Source: an uncultured Gammaproteobacteria bacterium (lineage in GTDB: Bacteria > Pseudomonadota > Gammaproteobacteria > JAURND01). From it: a stretch of DNA of 64,000 nucleotides. The number at the start of each line of letters is the position of its first letter. The stretch's first letter is position 1. Position numbers and translations under genes: made by a program. The stretch is taken from assembly GCA_963714975.1 (NCBI GenBank), contig CAVQQD010000002.1, forward strand, positions 256,001 to 320,000, given 5' to 3'. Under the pieces are notes generated by a model that worked only from the letters and a program-made list of their open reading frames with translations, searched no databases and was not told the DNA's origin. Of the stretch, positions 43,706 to 53,744 are shown in pieces.

Positions 43706-44827
43706 CTACTCGTTCTCATTAGCACCATTATTAGTCAGACCCGGTGTCATAGACGTTGTAGTCGTCTGGTTGGTTGGAGTAGTAGTATTATTTAGCGAAG
43801 TAAGCGGCGGCTGCCGCTGTTGCGTAAAGAAGCCGCTAGGCACTTGCTGCGACTGCTGCTGTGGCATCGTCGTATAGCTGCTTGAGTACGGTTGATACTG
43901 CTGCTGATGCTGCTGCACGGGAAAAGCCATCATAGTAGGTGGTTGTCCCCCCCCCCAACTGGATGACGTTGCGGTTGAGTTGAACAAATTTCCAAACCCG
44001 TAGTCACTTTGATATTGGGGTTGATATTGCGAACTCGATGCTAAGTCATTAGGGGGGATGACAGTACCTTTATTAAGTCTCCATGGTTGGTTACCTAACT
44101 CACTTCTGACATTATTAGCGTGCTGGATGGCTGAGCCAAGGGCATTGTTGGTAATCAAGTTGGAATCTTGGTTGCGTCGGTTCAAAGCGGTTTGCACTCT
44201 GTGATCTGCGTTGGCCATATCCTCAGTATCGTAGTACTCAAATAGTCCTCTCTGAGGCGTAGCAGGGACGGTGTTACGAGCACTTCGAGTAAAAGGTGTG
44301 CTCCCTCTTCCCTCTTCTGGAGTATCAAGCCCCTTTTTAACTCGTTCAGTTCGGGCCCTTGTTGCTTCAATCTCTGCATTGGTTCTTTCAAGTTCAAGCT
44401 GTATTTTTGCTCTTTCCTGGGCTAACTTTACCTGATGCGTCTCGGATTTTTGAGTTCTTTCTGCTTTTTTATCCTGAAGCTCTTGATCACGTGTCTCCCT
44501 TATATGTTGTCTTTCTGCTGTTTTGTCATTTCTATCTTCTGCCAACTTCGTTTTTCTTTCCTTCTGTTCGTCGCCCCTATTGGCCCATTCCTCTTTCGAC
44601 TCTTTGTAGGCATCATGTAACTTCTTCGTAACATAGAGCATTGCGAAAACAGCAAGCGTTGTGAGGAAAGCATTTCCTCCGGCTGAGTCAAAAGGACCTA
44701 GGTTCTCTGGGCTGTGTATACGCGCATTAAAATAAGCAACACACAGGGAAAACATTCCTGCAGGGAGCAGGTATTTCTTTGCAGCCTCTACTGAATCATC
44801 TACTAACTTATCGGTTGGACCTGGCAT
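43706..44827 (-). CDS. TM-hairpin plus coiled-coil plus Q/S/T-rich protein
   Basis: N-terminal bilobed hydrophobic region, charged coiled coil, low-complexity tail; SD gaggg. Confidence 0.75.
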   Translation of the reverse strand: MPGPTDKLVDDSVEAAKKYLLPAGMFSLCVAYFNARIHSPENLGPFDSAGGNAFLTTLAVFAMLYVTKKLHDAYKESKEEWANRGDEQKERKTKLAEDRNDKTAERQHIRETRDQELQDKKAERTQKSETHQVKLAQERAKIQLELERTNAEIEATRARTERVKKGLDTPEEGRGSTPFTRSARNTVPATPQRGLFEYYDTEDMANADHRVQTALNRRNQDSNLITNNALGSAIQHANNVRSELGNQPWRLNKGTVIPPNDLASSSQYQPQYQSDYGFGNLFNSTATSSSWGGGQPPTMMAFPVQQHQQQYQPYSSSYTTMPQQQSQQVPSGFFTQQRQPPLTSLNNTTTPTNQTTTTSMTPGLTNNGANENE

Positions 44828-44947
44828 TTTTTTACCCTCGAAAAAATTTACATGTTTATGGTATATTCCACTTCACTTTACCATAATCCAAAAACAAATT
44901 TTGTTTTAACTACTCAGCTGCCTAATAAAACTAAACCTCTTCAATTA

Positions 44948-45379
44948 CTACACCGTTGCCGCTATTCGACCTGCTGCAGTGCGTTCAGCACTACTCATCG
45001 CCTGACTATTCACTGCGTCATCCACTGAGGCAAAGGCAGCAATCACGGCAAATAATATTGCGGCTGCCATAAATACCGGCAGCATTTGGGTAGTATCGTT
45101 CAGCAGACTGTCGGGTGCTCGGTCTAAGCCGAAATGCGAACCAAATTCTGAACGACAGATATCCCCTAAGCTCAGGGTATCGCCTGCCGCTATTCTTTGC
45201 TGCACCCAATACGCTGTGATACCTAAAATACCAGTTGTAATGGCATGAATACTGGTAGCACCTAATTGATTCCTACTGCGTTTATCAAACTCATCGACGA
45301 CCTTAATACGATCAATAGGGTCTGTAGGGGCTGGGGCTGGGTTTAGGTTTTGGCCTGGAACTCTTCGGTCTGTTGACAT
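44948..45379 (-). CDS. Small 2-TM protein
   Basis: Two TM segments around GDI..FGLDRAPDSLL. Confidence 0.7.
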   Translation of the reverse strand: MSTDRRVPGQNLNPAPAPTDPIDRIKVVDEFDKRSRNQLGATSIHAITTGILGITAYWVQQRIAAGDTLSLGDICRSEFGSHFGLDRAPDSLLNDTTQMLPVFMAAAILFAVIAAFASVDDAVNSQAMSSAERTAAGRIAATV

Positions 45380-45501
45380 AAACTTTTTATCCAAAATGGT
45401 TTAACAGGAGATAGCGGTTTATCCTAGTCTTAGCTTTGTCCTTGCTATCGATTAACTACATAAATTAACTACTAACTACTTTTAACGACTTTAATGGGCG
45501 T

Positions 45502-45534
45502 ATTATCGCATATGTTTCTTAAGCCAATATTAAT
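45502..45534 (-). promoter_or_regulatory. PmrA-type box plus -10
   Basis: ATTAATATT-gg-CTTAAGAAA-N7-GATAAT. Confidence 0.68.
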
Positions 45535-45573
45535 TGGATGAAATTTTTTTATAACCCCCTCTCCTTAACCCAT

Positions 45574-45620
45574 TCCCCTCATCCGGCCTGCGGCCACCTT
45601 CTCCCGCAAGGGGAGAAGGA
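45574..45620 (+). repeat. REP, CCTTCTCCC..GGGAGAAGG family
   Basis: CCCCTCATCCGGCCTGCGGCCACCTTCTCCCGCAAGGGGAGAAGGA; another relative at 4984-5010. Confidence 0.8.
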
Positions 45621-45713
45621 ATAATGCCAACAGGTTATGAGAGAAGGAATTTCCCCATAGCAATTTCTCTGCTATGTTAGCACATGAATCTAGTCCACTG
45701 AGAGCTTTATTTT

Positions 45714-46373
45714 ATGAATTTATTGAACTTAATTGACTTATTTCCCCAAGCACAAAGTGCCTTATTCATTCCAGGAGCGGTAGGACCCTTAGAAGCCATT
45801 GTGGAGCCGCCGGCGAGGAGAGAAGAATCGACCACCATCGGCATTATTTGCCACCCGCATCCTATGTATGGTGGCACGATGAACAATAAAGTGGTCACCA
45901 GTATCGTGCGGGCATTTCGTGAATTAGCGGCATGGTCGTTGCGTTTTAATTATCGCGGTGTCGGTAACAGCATGGGCAGTTATGGTGAGGGCATAGGGGA
46001 AACCGAGGATTTACTGGCAATTTTGCGCTGGGTGCGTGAGCATTTTCCGGGTTATCGGATTTGGTTGGCCGGTTTTTCTTTTGGTTGCTATGTGGCGATG
46101 AATGCGCTTAGCCAAACTTCAGCTGATTATCTCATTACCATTGCTCCTGCAGTAAATCATATGGATTTTTCCCCTATTGCAGCAGTGTCGATCCCATGGT
46201 TGCTCATTATCGGTGATCAAGATGAAGTTGTACCGCTAAACCAAGTGATTGAGTGGGCGCAAGAACTTACGACTCCGCCACAATTGGTGGTTTTGTCAGG
46301 GGCTGGACATTTTTTTCATGGGCGTTTGTTGGAGCTTCGGGAGGAAATAAAAGAGGTTTTAGGAAGTAGATAG
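45714..46373 (+). CDS. Alpha/beta hydrolase
   Basis: CHPHPMYGGTMNNKVV, GFSFG, GDQDE, GHFF. Confidence 0.9.
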   Translation: MNLLNLIDLFPQAQSALFIPGAVGPLEAIVEPPARREESTTIGIICHPHPMYGGTMNNKVVTSIVRAFRELAAWSLRFNYRGVGNSMGSYGEGIGETEDLLAILRWVREHFPGYRIWLAGFSFGCYVAMNALSQTSADYLITIAPAVNHMDFSPIAAVSIPWLLIIGDQDEVVPLNQVIEWAQELTTPPQLVVLSGAGHFFHGRLLELREEIKEVLGSR

Positions 46374-46479
46374 AAGCGCGACTGCTCCCCCAACGGCAGC
46401 CTTGATAATGCTTGACTTAAGACTATTGTGGTATATCCTTACTTAAATCTAAATTTTTAAATTTAAGTAGGGTTCAATT

Positions 46480-47766
46480 TTGGACACTTTGTTATTAGAT
46501 ACAATTTATCAACAAAATCCTTGGCTGCAATTCCCGGAAAAGCCTATCGTGGCCCGCGATTCCTATATTGAACGCATCCAATTTAAATTCTTGTTAAATC
46601 CGGATTGGGACGGAATATGGACCCTCCTGATTGGTCCCCGACAAGCGGGAAAAACCACTTTGGGTATGCATCTGGCTGAGGAATTAATTAATACTAAACG
46701 TTACTCCAAATTACTTTATTTAAATTGTGATTATTGGCAAATCCGTACTTGGTTAAATGCACCTACTTTCTTGTTGGAAGTTGAAGAAATATTAAAACTT
46801 AAAAATTACATATTATTCATCGACGAAGTGCAACGGTTAGAAACGCCCGGGTTACTATTAAAAATTATTGCCGATCTCAAATTATCTATCAAAATGCTTG
46901 CCACTGGCTCATCACAATTAGAAATAAAAAGTAAGGTACAAGAGCATTTAACCGGTCGTCAATTGGAGGCGCTTATTCTTCCTTTGAGCTGTCGAGAAGT
47001 AGATTTTAAACAAAACTATGATAGTTTATTGCAATATGGTGGCTATCCTCAAGTTTATCTGGCGCAACAAAAACAAATTTTTTTGCAAGAACTGTTTAAT
47101 AATTATATTCGAAAAGATATCACGGAATTTTTGCAATTAGGTAAACCCGATATTATCCCTCAATTACTAGGCTTACTCGCGCATTCTTCAGGCCAACTCG
47201 TGAATTTCCAGCAATTAGCAGCTGATTGCCGAGTAAACGTCGCCACCATTCGTCATTATTTGAACATTTTAGAACAAACATATGTGATCAAGATGATTCG
47301 GCCTTTTGTCGGAAACAAACGCACTGAATTGACTACTAATCCGGTTTGTTACTTCCTTGATAATGGTTTTCGAAATCAGTCCCTGAATAATTTTACACCT
47401 CTCAATACACGTACCGACAATGGGTTGCTGGTGAAAGGCCTAGTGTTTCAGGAGCTTTACAAATATCAAATGCAAGAAAGAAAAAATTGGGATATTTATT
47501 ATTGGCGCACCAAATCAGGTGCTGAGGTTGATTTCATTCTGAAAACGGATTTTACGACCGTCATCCCCATCGAGGTTAAATATCGTCGTTCATCTGAGAT
47601 TAAATTAACTCGCGGCTATAAATCTTTTTTAGAAGCGTATTCTCCTGGTAAAGGTTTCGTTATTACTCACAATCAGCAGGGAAGATTAACCTACCGAGAA
47701 ACAGAAGTGTTTTTTATTCCCTTAGCTTCCTTGCCGACATTATTGGAGCAGCTCTCTCCCAAATGA
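46480..47766 (+). CDS. AAA ATPase with DUF4143-type C-terminal domain
   Basis: GPRQAGKT, IDEVQ, TGSS, LTGR, EVDF..IEVK. Confidence 0.88.
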   Translation: MDTLLLDTIYQQNPWLQFPEKPIVARDSYIERIQFKFLLNPDWDGIWTLLIGPRQAGKTTLGMHLAEELINTKRYSKLLYLNCDYWQIRTWLNAPTFLLEVEEILKLKNYILFIDEVQRLETPGLLLKIIADLKLSIKMLATGSSQLEIKSKVQEHLTGRQLEALILPLSCREVDFKQNYDSLLQYGGYPQVYLAQQKQIFLQELFNNYIRKDITEFLQLGKPDIIPQLLGLLAHSSGQLVNFQQLAADCRVNVATIRHYLNILEQTYVIKMIRPFVGNKRTELTTNPVCYFLDNGFRNQSLNNFTPLNTRTDNGLLVKGLVFQELYKYQMQERKNWDIYYWRTKSGAEVDFILKTDFTTVIPIEVKYRRSSEIKLTRGYKSFLEAYSPGKGFVITHNQQGRLTYRETEVFFIPLASLPTLLEQLSPK

Positions 47767-47787
47767 GATGTGTGCATCGGATAGCTC

Positions 47788-48843
47788 TCAAGGGATATGC
47801 AGCAGCAAAGATTTTTGCAGATCTGCCGGCAGTACTTGGATACAATTTTGCAGGCATTGTTCGATATCGAACGACAAATGTGCCTGGAGAAAAGCATCGA
47901 GTTTTTCCGCGGGTTCTTCTGCCAGCAGGCGGGCTATGGTTTGGGTAGTCGGGTTGGGAAATTCCTTTTTGTTCAGGATATAAGCAAACAACAGGACTAT
48001 TTCCAAGATTGGCAGAATGACTAAGGTGGGAAGATTTCGTTCTTGTAACAGGGAGGCAGCATAAAGTGCATCAATCACGGCATGACGAACCAAAAAACCT
48101 TGCTGCCACTGGTCCTCTGCTAGGCCGATACGCAGCGCTACTTCCCATTGCCGGGTACCGCCCGCGCCTTGATTTAGCAAGTCAAAAAAATCAACTTGTT
48201 GGGGAGCTAGATGGGTCAAACCTAATACATTTTTGTGCAACACGGCCCCGAGCGAAATACCTAATAAACCATGGAACAGCAACACATGCCCAACCAATTT
48301 CACCGCCGCGGCTAGGATCAGTTCTTCGCCAAAATATTGCGGTTTGCCAATAGCGGTTAGCAGGGGCGTGAGTTGCTCATATAAGGCTTTATCACCACTG
48401 GCTAGAATCAGCATTTGCCCACTTTCAGCTCCCTTAGCACCACCAGTCAGGGGGTAATTGGCATATTGAATCTCGTGCTGAGCACAAAGTTCAGAGGCGG
48501 CAGTAACAAAGGAACAGCTGACCGTAGAGCAATGCAGGATGAATTGATTCTCGGTCAGGAGCGGGACTAATTCGCGAAGAATATCCCAATCATCCCCATT
48601 TTTTCCTGCGCAAATCACCACCCCAGAAAACTCATTATCCCCCACGAGCTGCGCTAATGAATTGACTAACTCGGCGCCATGCTCTCGCCATGCCACGCGG
48701 CGCTGTTGTTTAATGGGGCTGTCATCCGCGCCACGATCGAGCACTCGTAAAAAGCTCGCAGCTTCATTATTTTTTAGATGTTGTGCTGCCGGCCCTAGCA
48801 TGGTGCCCAGGCCGCCGATGGCGATAAGTTTTAGTTTTGTCAC
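47788..48843 (-). CDS. NAD(P)-dependent oxidoreductase (beta-hydroxyacid dehydrogenase-like)
   Basis: GGLGTM, HCSTV, PLTGGAKGAESG, K..H; GTG start with SD. Confidence 0.75.
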   Translation of the reverse strand: MTKLKLIAIGGLGTMLGPAAQHLKNNEAASFLRVLDRGADDSPIKQQRRVAWREHGAELVNSLAQLVGDNEFSGVVICAGKNGDDWDILRELVPLLTENQFILHCSTVSCSFVTAASELCAQHEIQYANYPLTGGAKGAESGQMLILASGDKALYEQLTPLLTAIGKPQYFGEELILAAAVKLVGHVLLFHGLLGISLGAVLHKNVLGLTHLAPQQVDFFDLLNQGAGGTRQWEVALRIGLAEDQWQQGFLVRHAVIDALYAASLLQERNLPTLVILPILEIVLLFAYILNKKEFPNPTTQTIARLLAEEPAEKLDAFLQAHLSFDIEQCLQNCIQVLPADLQKSLLLHIP

Positions 48844-48937
48844 TTTTAGCTCCGTAGGTCCGTTCTCCCACAGAAAAACGCTGCGGGCGAGGGGATTATA
48901 GAGTATTATTTGCTCCTTTTGAAACCCTTGAGCACCG

Positions 48938-49918
48938 ATGATGCAAGCAAACACTGATCTCTCTACTTTTCAAGGCCTAATTCTTGCCCTGCAGCACTAT
49001 TGGTCGGCTCAGGGCTGCGCTATTTTGCAACCCTTGGACACTGAAGTGGGGGCAGGGACGTTCCACCCCGCTACCTTTATGCGTGCCATCGGTCCTGAGC
49101 CCTGGCATGTCGCCTATGTGCAACCTAGTCGGCGTCCCACTGATGGGCGCTATGGGGATAATCCTAACCGTGGCCAACATTACTACCAATTTCAAGTTGT
49201 CCTCAAACCCTCACCCTTGGATATCCAAGAACAATATCTAAACTCTCTGCGCTCGTTAGGGGTTGATCCTTTAGTGGATGATATTCGTTTTGTGGAAGAC
49301 AATTGGGAATCGCCCACCTTAGGTGCTTGGGGCCTGGGTTGGGAAGTTTGGCAAAATGGCATGGAAGTGACTCAATTCACCTACTTCCAACAAGTAGGCG
49401 GTTTGGAATGTCGGCCGGTGACGGGGGAAATGACCTATGGTTTGGAACGCATCGCCATGTACTTGCAGGGCGTTGATAACATGTTTGACTTAGTTTGGGC
49501 GCATACCCCAACGGGAACTTTAACCTATGGCGATGTCTTCCATCAAAACGAAGTGGAAATGTCGGCCTACAATTTTGAACAAGCGAATGTCCCGGCCTTA
49601 CTAGAGCAATTTCATTTTTACGAACAAGAATGCCACCGCTTAATTGCCGTAGCGTTACCGCTGCCCGCCTATGATATGGTGCTGAAAGCCTCACATAGTT
49701 TTAATTTATTAGATGCCCGCCGCGCCATTTCCGTAACCGAGCGCCAAGCCTATATTTTGCGCGTTAGAAAACTCGCGTTTGTGGTGGCGCAAGCTTATTT
49801 TGACTCACGAGAAAAGCTCGGATTCCCCTTGTTGCGATCCCCTCTCCCCCACCCGAGCGCAGCGAGGGAAGGTGGGAGAGGGTTAGGGAGAGGGGGTCTT
49901 AAAAATGACCGTCCGTGA
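48938..49918 (+). CDS. glyQ: Glycine-tRNA ligase alpha subunit
   Basis: [33 protein letters not shown]; REP-derived tail. Confidence 0.98.
   Translation: MMQANTDLSTFQGLILALQHYWSAQGCAILQPLDTEVGAGTFHPATFMRAIGPEPWHVAYVQPSRRPTDGRYGDNPNRGQHYYQFQVVLKPSPLDIQEQYLNSLRSLGVDPLVDDIRFVEDNWESPTLGAWGLGWEVWQNGMEVTQFTYFQQVGGLECRPVTGEMTYGLERIAMYLQGVDNMFDLVWAHTPTGTLTYGDVFHQNEVEMSAYNFEQANVPALLEQFHFYEQECHRLIAVALPLPAYDMVLKASHSFNLLDARRAISVTERQAYILRVRKLAFVVAQAYFDSREKLGFPLLRSPLPHPSAAREGGRGLGRGGLKNDRP
49838..49897 (+). repeat. REP inside the glyQ 3' end, ending at the glyS RBS
   Basis: TCCCCTCTCCCCCACCCGAGCGCAGCGAGGGAAGGTGGGAGAGGGTTAGGGAGAGGGGG. Confidence 0.85.
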
Positions 49919-52034
49919 TTTATTGATTGAAATTGGCACCGAAGAATTGCCGCCCAAGCAACTGAACGCGTTATCGCTTGCCTTCTGTGCCGCAATCGAG
50001 GCGGGCTTGACCAAGCTGGCTTTGAGCTATGCAAGCGTAAAAACCTTTGCCACCCCGCGCCGTTTAGCGTTGTTAGTGCATGGCTTGGCGACGTCACAGA
50101 AAAGTCAGCTCGTGGAAAAGCGCGGTCCGGCTTTGAGTGAGGCCTTTGATAGTGAAGGCCAACCCACACGAGCGTGCCTTAGCTTCGCCAATTCTTGCGG
50201 AGTGACTGTCGCAGAATTGCTAACTCATAAAACTGACAAAGGCGCCTGGTTGTTTTTTAAAAAAGCACAACCGGGGAAAAAAGCGGCAGAATTATTGCCG
50301 CAATTGGTGACGGAAGCACTCCAGCAACTGCCGATTGCTAAACCGATGCGTTGGGGCGAGGAATCGGTCGAATTTATCCGACCCGTGCATTGGGTGGTGT
50401 TACTGTTAGGAGAAGAACTGATTCCTGGTACGATTTTAGGCATCCCTACTTCTCGGCAAACCTATGGACACCGTTTTCATTGTCCCGAAGCGATCGATAT
50501 TCCAGAGCCACGAAAGTACGAAGCTTTATTACACCATCCTGGGCATGTCATCGCCAATTACGCTACTCGCAAGCAAGTAATCCAGGAGCAAATCCAGCAC
50601 CTGGCGGCAGCAGTGGGCCAGGCGGTGGTGGAAGAAAATTTATTAGACGAAGTCACTGGTTTAGTGGAATGGCCAGTTGCCTTATTAGGAGAATTTTCCC
50701 AAGCCTATTTAGAACTTCCAGCTGAAGTGATTATCACCGCGATGAAGACCCATCAAAAATATTTTGCTGTGACTGATCAGCGTGGCCAATTACTGACGCA
50801 TTTTCTCACGGTGAGCAATATTGCTAGCCGCGATCCGCAACGGGTGATTCGGGGTAATCAACGGGTGTTACATGCACGTCTAGCCGATGCGCAGTTTTTT
50901 TATCACAGTGACCTGATGCATCGCTTAGAATATCGCTTGGAAGCATTACAGAAAGTAATCTTCCATAAAAAATTAGGTTCCTTATTTGATAAAGCCCAGC
51001 GCATTGCTGCTTTAGCTGCCTATATTGCTGGGCAGTTAGGTGACCAGCAACAGTTGGCGAAACGCGCAGGTTTGTTAGCGAAAGCGGATTTAATGACCGC
51101 CATGGTTGGAGAATTTCCTGAGTTGCAAGGCATTATGGGTTATTATTACGCCAAGCAAGATGGCGAAAAAGAAGAAGTCGCACGCGCCATTGGCCAGCAT
51201 TATCAACCGCGTTTTGCTGGCGATGCATTGCCTGATTCCCGTCTGGGTTGCTATGTGGCGATTGCGGATAAAATTGATACGTTGGTTGGATTATTTGCCG
51301 CACAGCAACCACCCACTGGCGAAAAAGATCCCTTTGGGTTGCGCCGCGCTGCTTTGGGGGTGTTGCGGATTTTAATCGAAAAACAATTGCCCCTGAATTT
51401 ATCGGCATTGCTTGCAGCGGCTTTGGAGCAATATCCAGATACAGTGAGATCCCTCGCTTCGCTCGGGATGACAACTTCGCTCGGGACGACTTCGCTCGGG
51501 ACGACTTCGCACGGGATGACAACTCCGTCCTTTGAATTTATTTTAGAACGTTTGCGTGCCTGGTATTTAGATCGTGGCATCGCCCCCGAAGTTTTTGCCG
51601 CAGTTTTAGCGCGTAAGCCCACTGAACCTTTAGATATTCATCGCCGCATTGAAGCAGTGCAACATTTTCAAACTTTACCCGAAGCCAAAGCACTCGCAGC
51701 AGCCAATAAACGCGTGAGCCGTATTTTGCGTGACCAACCTGGCGAATGGTTGCATCATCCAGTCAATCCGAGCTTGCTTGAACACCCCGCAGAATCCCAT
51801 TTACTCAGCGCGATGGAACAACGCAATCGCATGATTGATCCTTTATATCGAGAAGCCAAATATACTGAAGTGCTCAGTCTATTAGCAGAATTACGCCAAC
51901 CGATTGATCAATTTTTTGATGGAGTTATGGTGATGGTGGAAGATGAAACCCTGCGTAATAATCGCCTAGCGCTGTTACATGAATTACAAGCCTTATTTTT
52001 GCAAGTGGCTGATATTTCTTTGTTAGTAACCTAG
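49905..52034 (+). CDS. glyS: Glycine-tRNA ligase beta subunit with in-frame repeat insertion
   Basis: [35 protein letters not shown]. Confidence 0.98.
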   Translation: MTVRDLLIEIGTEELPPKQLNALSLAFCAAIEAGLTKLALSYASVKTFATPRRLALLVHGLATSQKSQLVEKRGPALSEAFDSEGQPTRACLSFANSCGVTVAELLTHKTDKGAWLFFKKAQPGKKAAELLPQLVTEALQQLPIAKPMRWGEESVEFIRPVHWVVLLLGEELIPGTILGIPTSRQTYGHRFHCPEAIDIPEPRKYEALLHHPGHVIANYATRKQVIQEQIQHLAAAVGQAVVEENLLDEVTGLVEWPVALLGEFSQAYLELPAEVIITAMKTHQKYFAVTDQRGQLLTHFLTVSNIASRDPQRVIRGNQRVLHARLADAQFFYHSDLMHRLEYRLEALQKVIFHKKLGSLFDKAQRIAALAAYIAGQLGDQQQLAKRAGLLAKADLMTAMVGEFPELQGIMGYYYAKQDGEKEEVARAIGQHYQPRFAGDALPDSRLGCYVAIADKIDTLVGLFAAQQPPTGEKDPFGLRRAALGVLRILIEKQLPLNLSALLAAALEQYPDTVRSLASLGMTTSLGTTSLGTTSHGMTTPSFEFILERLRAWYLDRGIAPEVFAAVLARKPTEPLDIHRRIEAVQHFQTLPEAKALAAANKRVSRILRDQPGEWLHHPVNPSLLEHPAESHLLSAMEQRNRMIDPLYREAKYTEVLSLLAELRQPIDQFFDGVMVMVEDETLRNNRLALLHELQALFLQVADISLLVT
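51446..51524 (+). repeat. In-frame REP half with 15/18-bp tandem units inside glyS
   Basis: GAGATCCCTCGCTTCGCTCGGGATGACA followed by ACTTCGCTCGGGACG repeats, encoding [26 protein letters not shown]. Confidence 0.92.
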
Positions 52035-52044
52035 GAGAAAAAAC

Positions 52045-53742
52045 ATGATAAGAATACCAGTAGGTTATGATAATTTTGGTTCAATTTGCCGAGAAGGTCT
52101 TGATTTTATTGACAAAAGTTTGTTTATTAAAGAATTACTTGATGAGCAAACTCAAGTCACATTAATCACCCGCCCCCGACGTTTTGGTAAAACTTTGGCT
52201 CTTTCCATGTTGCAGCATTTTTTAACGCCAGAAGCCTATGGTCTTGCTACTGCTGGCTTATTTGATAGCATGAAGATAGCACAATGTGGCGAAGCTTACA
52301 TGCAGCATCAGGGCAAATATCCGGTAATTTATGTGACGTTCAAAGATGTGAAGGATCATAACTTCGAGCGATCCTTTGGTAATTTCCGCAATTTAATGTC
52401 ACGCTTGTACACGGAACATAATGCCATTTTAAAAAGTGATCAGCTGTCTGAGTCGCAAAAAGCGGTGTTTAGCAAGATAGAAAATAGTGAAGGAACACCA
52501 GAACAAATACAGGCTGCCCTATTTAATTTATGCCAATATCTGCACCAGTGCTACGGGGTGAAACCTTGGTTATTAATAGACGAATACGATACTCCATTGC
52601 AGGCGGCTTATGCGCATGATTATTTTGATGAGATGTTGGCGTTGATTCGAGGCGTGTTTAGTTTGTCGCTAAAAAGTAATCCGCATTTAAACCGGGCTGT
52701 GATTACCGGAATTTTACATGTAGCCAAAGCTAGTTTGTTCTCGGATCTCAATAGTATTCAATCTTATTCCTTATTAAATTCCCGCTACAGTGAATATTTT
52801 GGTTTTACGGAGCAGGAAATGAGTGAAATTCTTGAGAAATCAGGATTGAAGGAACAGGCTGCTGTTATTCGGAATTGGTATAACGGTTATCAGGTGGGCA
52901 AGACGGTCATCTATAATCCTTGGTCAATTGCGTGCTGTCTTGCCAATGATGGAGAATTAAAAGCCTATTGGGTGCACACGAGTGGCAATGTCCTGATTAA
53001 ACAATTGTTGGCACATGCCGGCGCCGATGTAAAACAAGATTTTGAACAATTATTACGGGGTGAACCTATTGAGGCTACGATTCATGAACATACAGTTTTT
53101 AGCGATTTACGAAAATATGATCGTAAGGCACTGTACAGTTTGTTGCTACTCAGTGGTTATTTAAAAGCTTTGGATTCTAAAGAAGTAGATTCTGAATTTA
53201 TCTGTACTTTAGCCGTGCCAAATCGCGAAGTTCTTGCGTTGTACCGCACCATTATTGTCGATTGGTTTGCAGAACATATAGAGAGAGTGGCGTATACTTA
53301 TGATCGATTCTTAAATGCTTTAGTCAGTGGCCAGATCGAAGAATTTTCTGAGGTATTGCGTTATTTTCTGCGTGAATCTTTAAGTGTTTTTGACACCCAG
53401 GGACAACATCCTGAAATTTTTTATCATGGCTTCGTTCTAGGCTTAACGGTCAGCTTGCGAGAGACTCATGAGGTTCGTTCTAATCGTGAGAGCGGTTATG
53501 GTCGCTATGATGTGATGTTAATTCCTAAAGACACCAAGCAATTAGGTTTGGTATTGGAATTTAAAACCATGCGCGAACCGGAAGTTATTTTAGCAGAGGC
53601 AGCGGAAAAAGCACTAGAGCAGATTGCGGACCGTGCCTATGTGACCGAATTACAGCAACGAGGAATTGCTAAGACCTTAGCAGTAGGATTTGCTTTTCGT
53701 GGCAAGGAAGTTGCAGTACGGTGGAAGTTTGAGAGCAAATAG
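52045..53742 (+). CDS. AAA-ATPase-like plus PD-(D/E)XK nuclease protein, paralog of 31087-32766
   Basis: TRPRRFGKT, LIDEYD, FYHGF, GRYDV..LEFK. Confidence 0.92.
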   Translation: MIRIPVGYDNFGSICREGLDFIDKSLFIKELLDEQTQVTLITRPRRFGKTLALSMLQHFLTPEAYGLATAGLFDSMKIAQCGEAYMQHQGKYPVIYVTFKDVKDHNFERSFGNFRNLMSRLYTEHNAILKSDQLSESQKAVFSKIENSEGTPEQIQAALFNLCQYLHQCYGVKPWLLIDEYDTPLQAAYAHDYFDEMLALIRGVFSLSLKSNPHLNRAVITGILHVAKASLFSDLNSIQSYSLLNSRYSEYFGFTEQEMSEILEKSGLKEQAAVIRNWYNGYQVGKTVIYNPWSIACCLANDGELKAYWVHTSGNVLIKQLLAHAGADVKQDFEQLLRGEPIEATIHEHTVFSDLRKYDRKALYSLLLLSGYLKALDSKEVDSEFICTLAVPNREVLALYRTIIVDWFAEHIERVAYTYDRFLNALVSGQIEEFSEVLRYFLRESLSVFDTQGQHPEIFYHGFVLGLTVSLRETHEVRSNRESGYGRYDVMLIPKDTKQLGLVLEFKTMREPEVILAEAAEKALEQIADRAYVTELQQRGIAKTLAVGFAFRGKEVAVRWKFESK

Positions 53743-53744
53743 CG

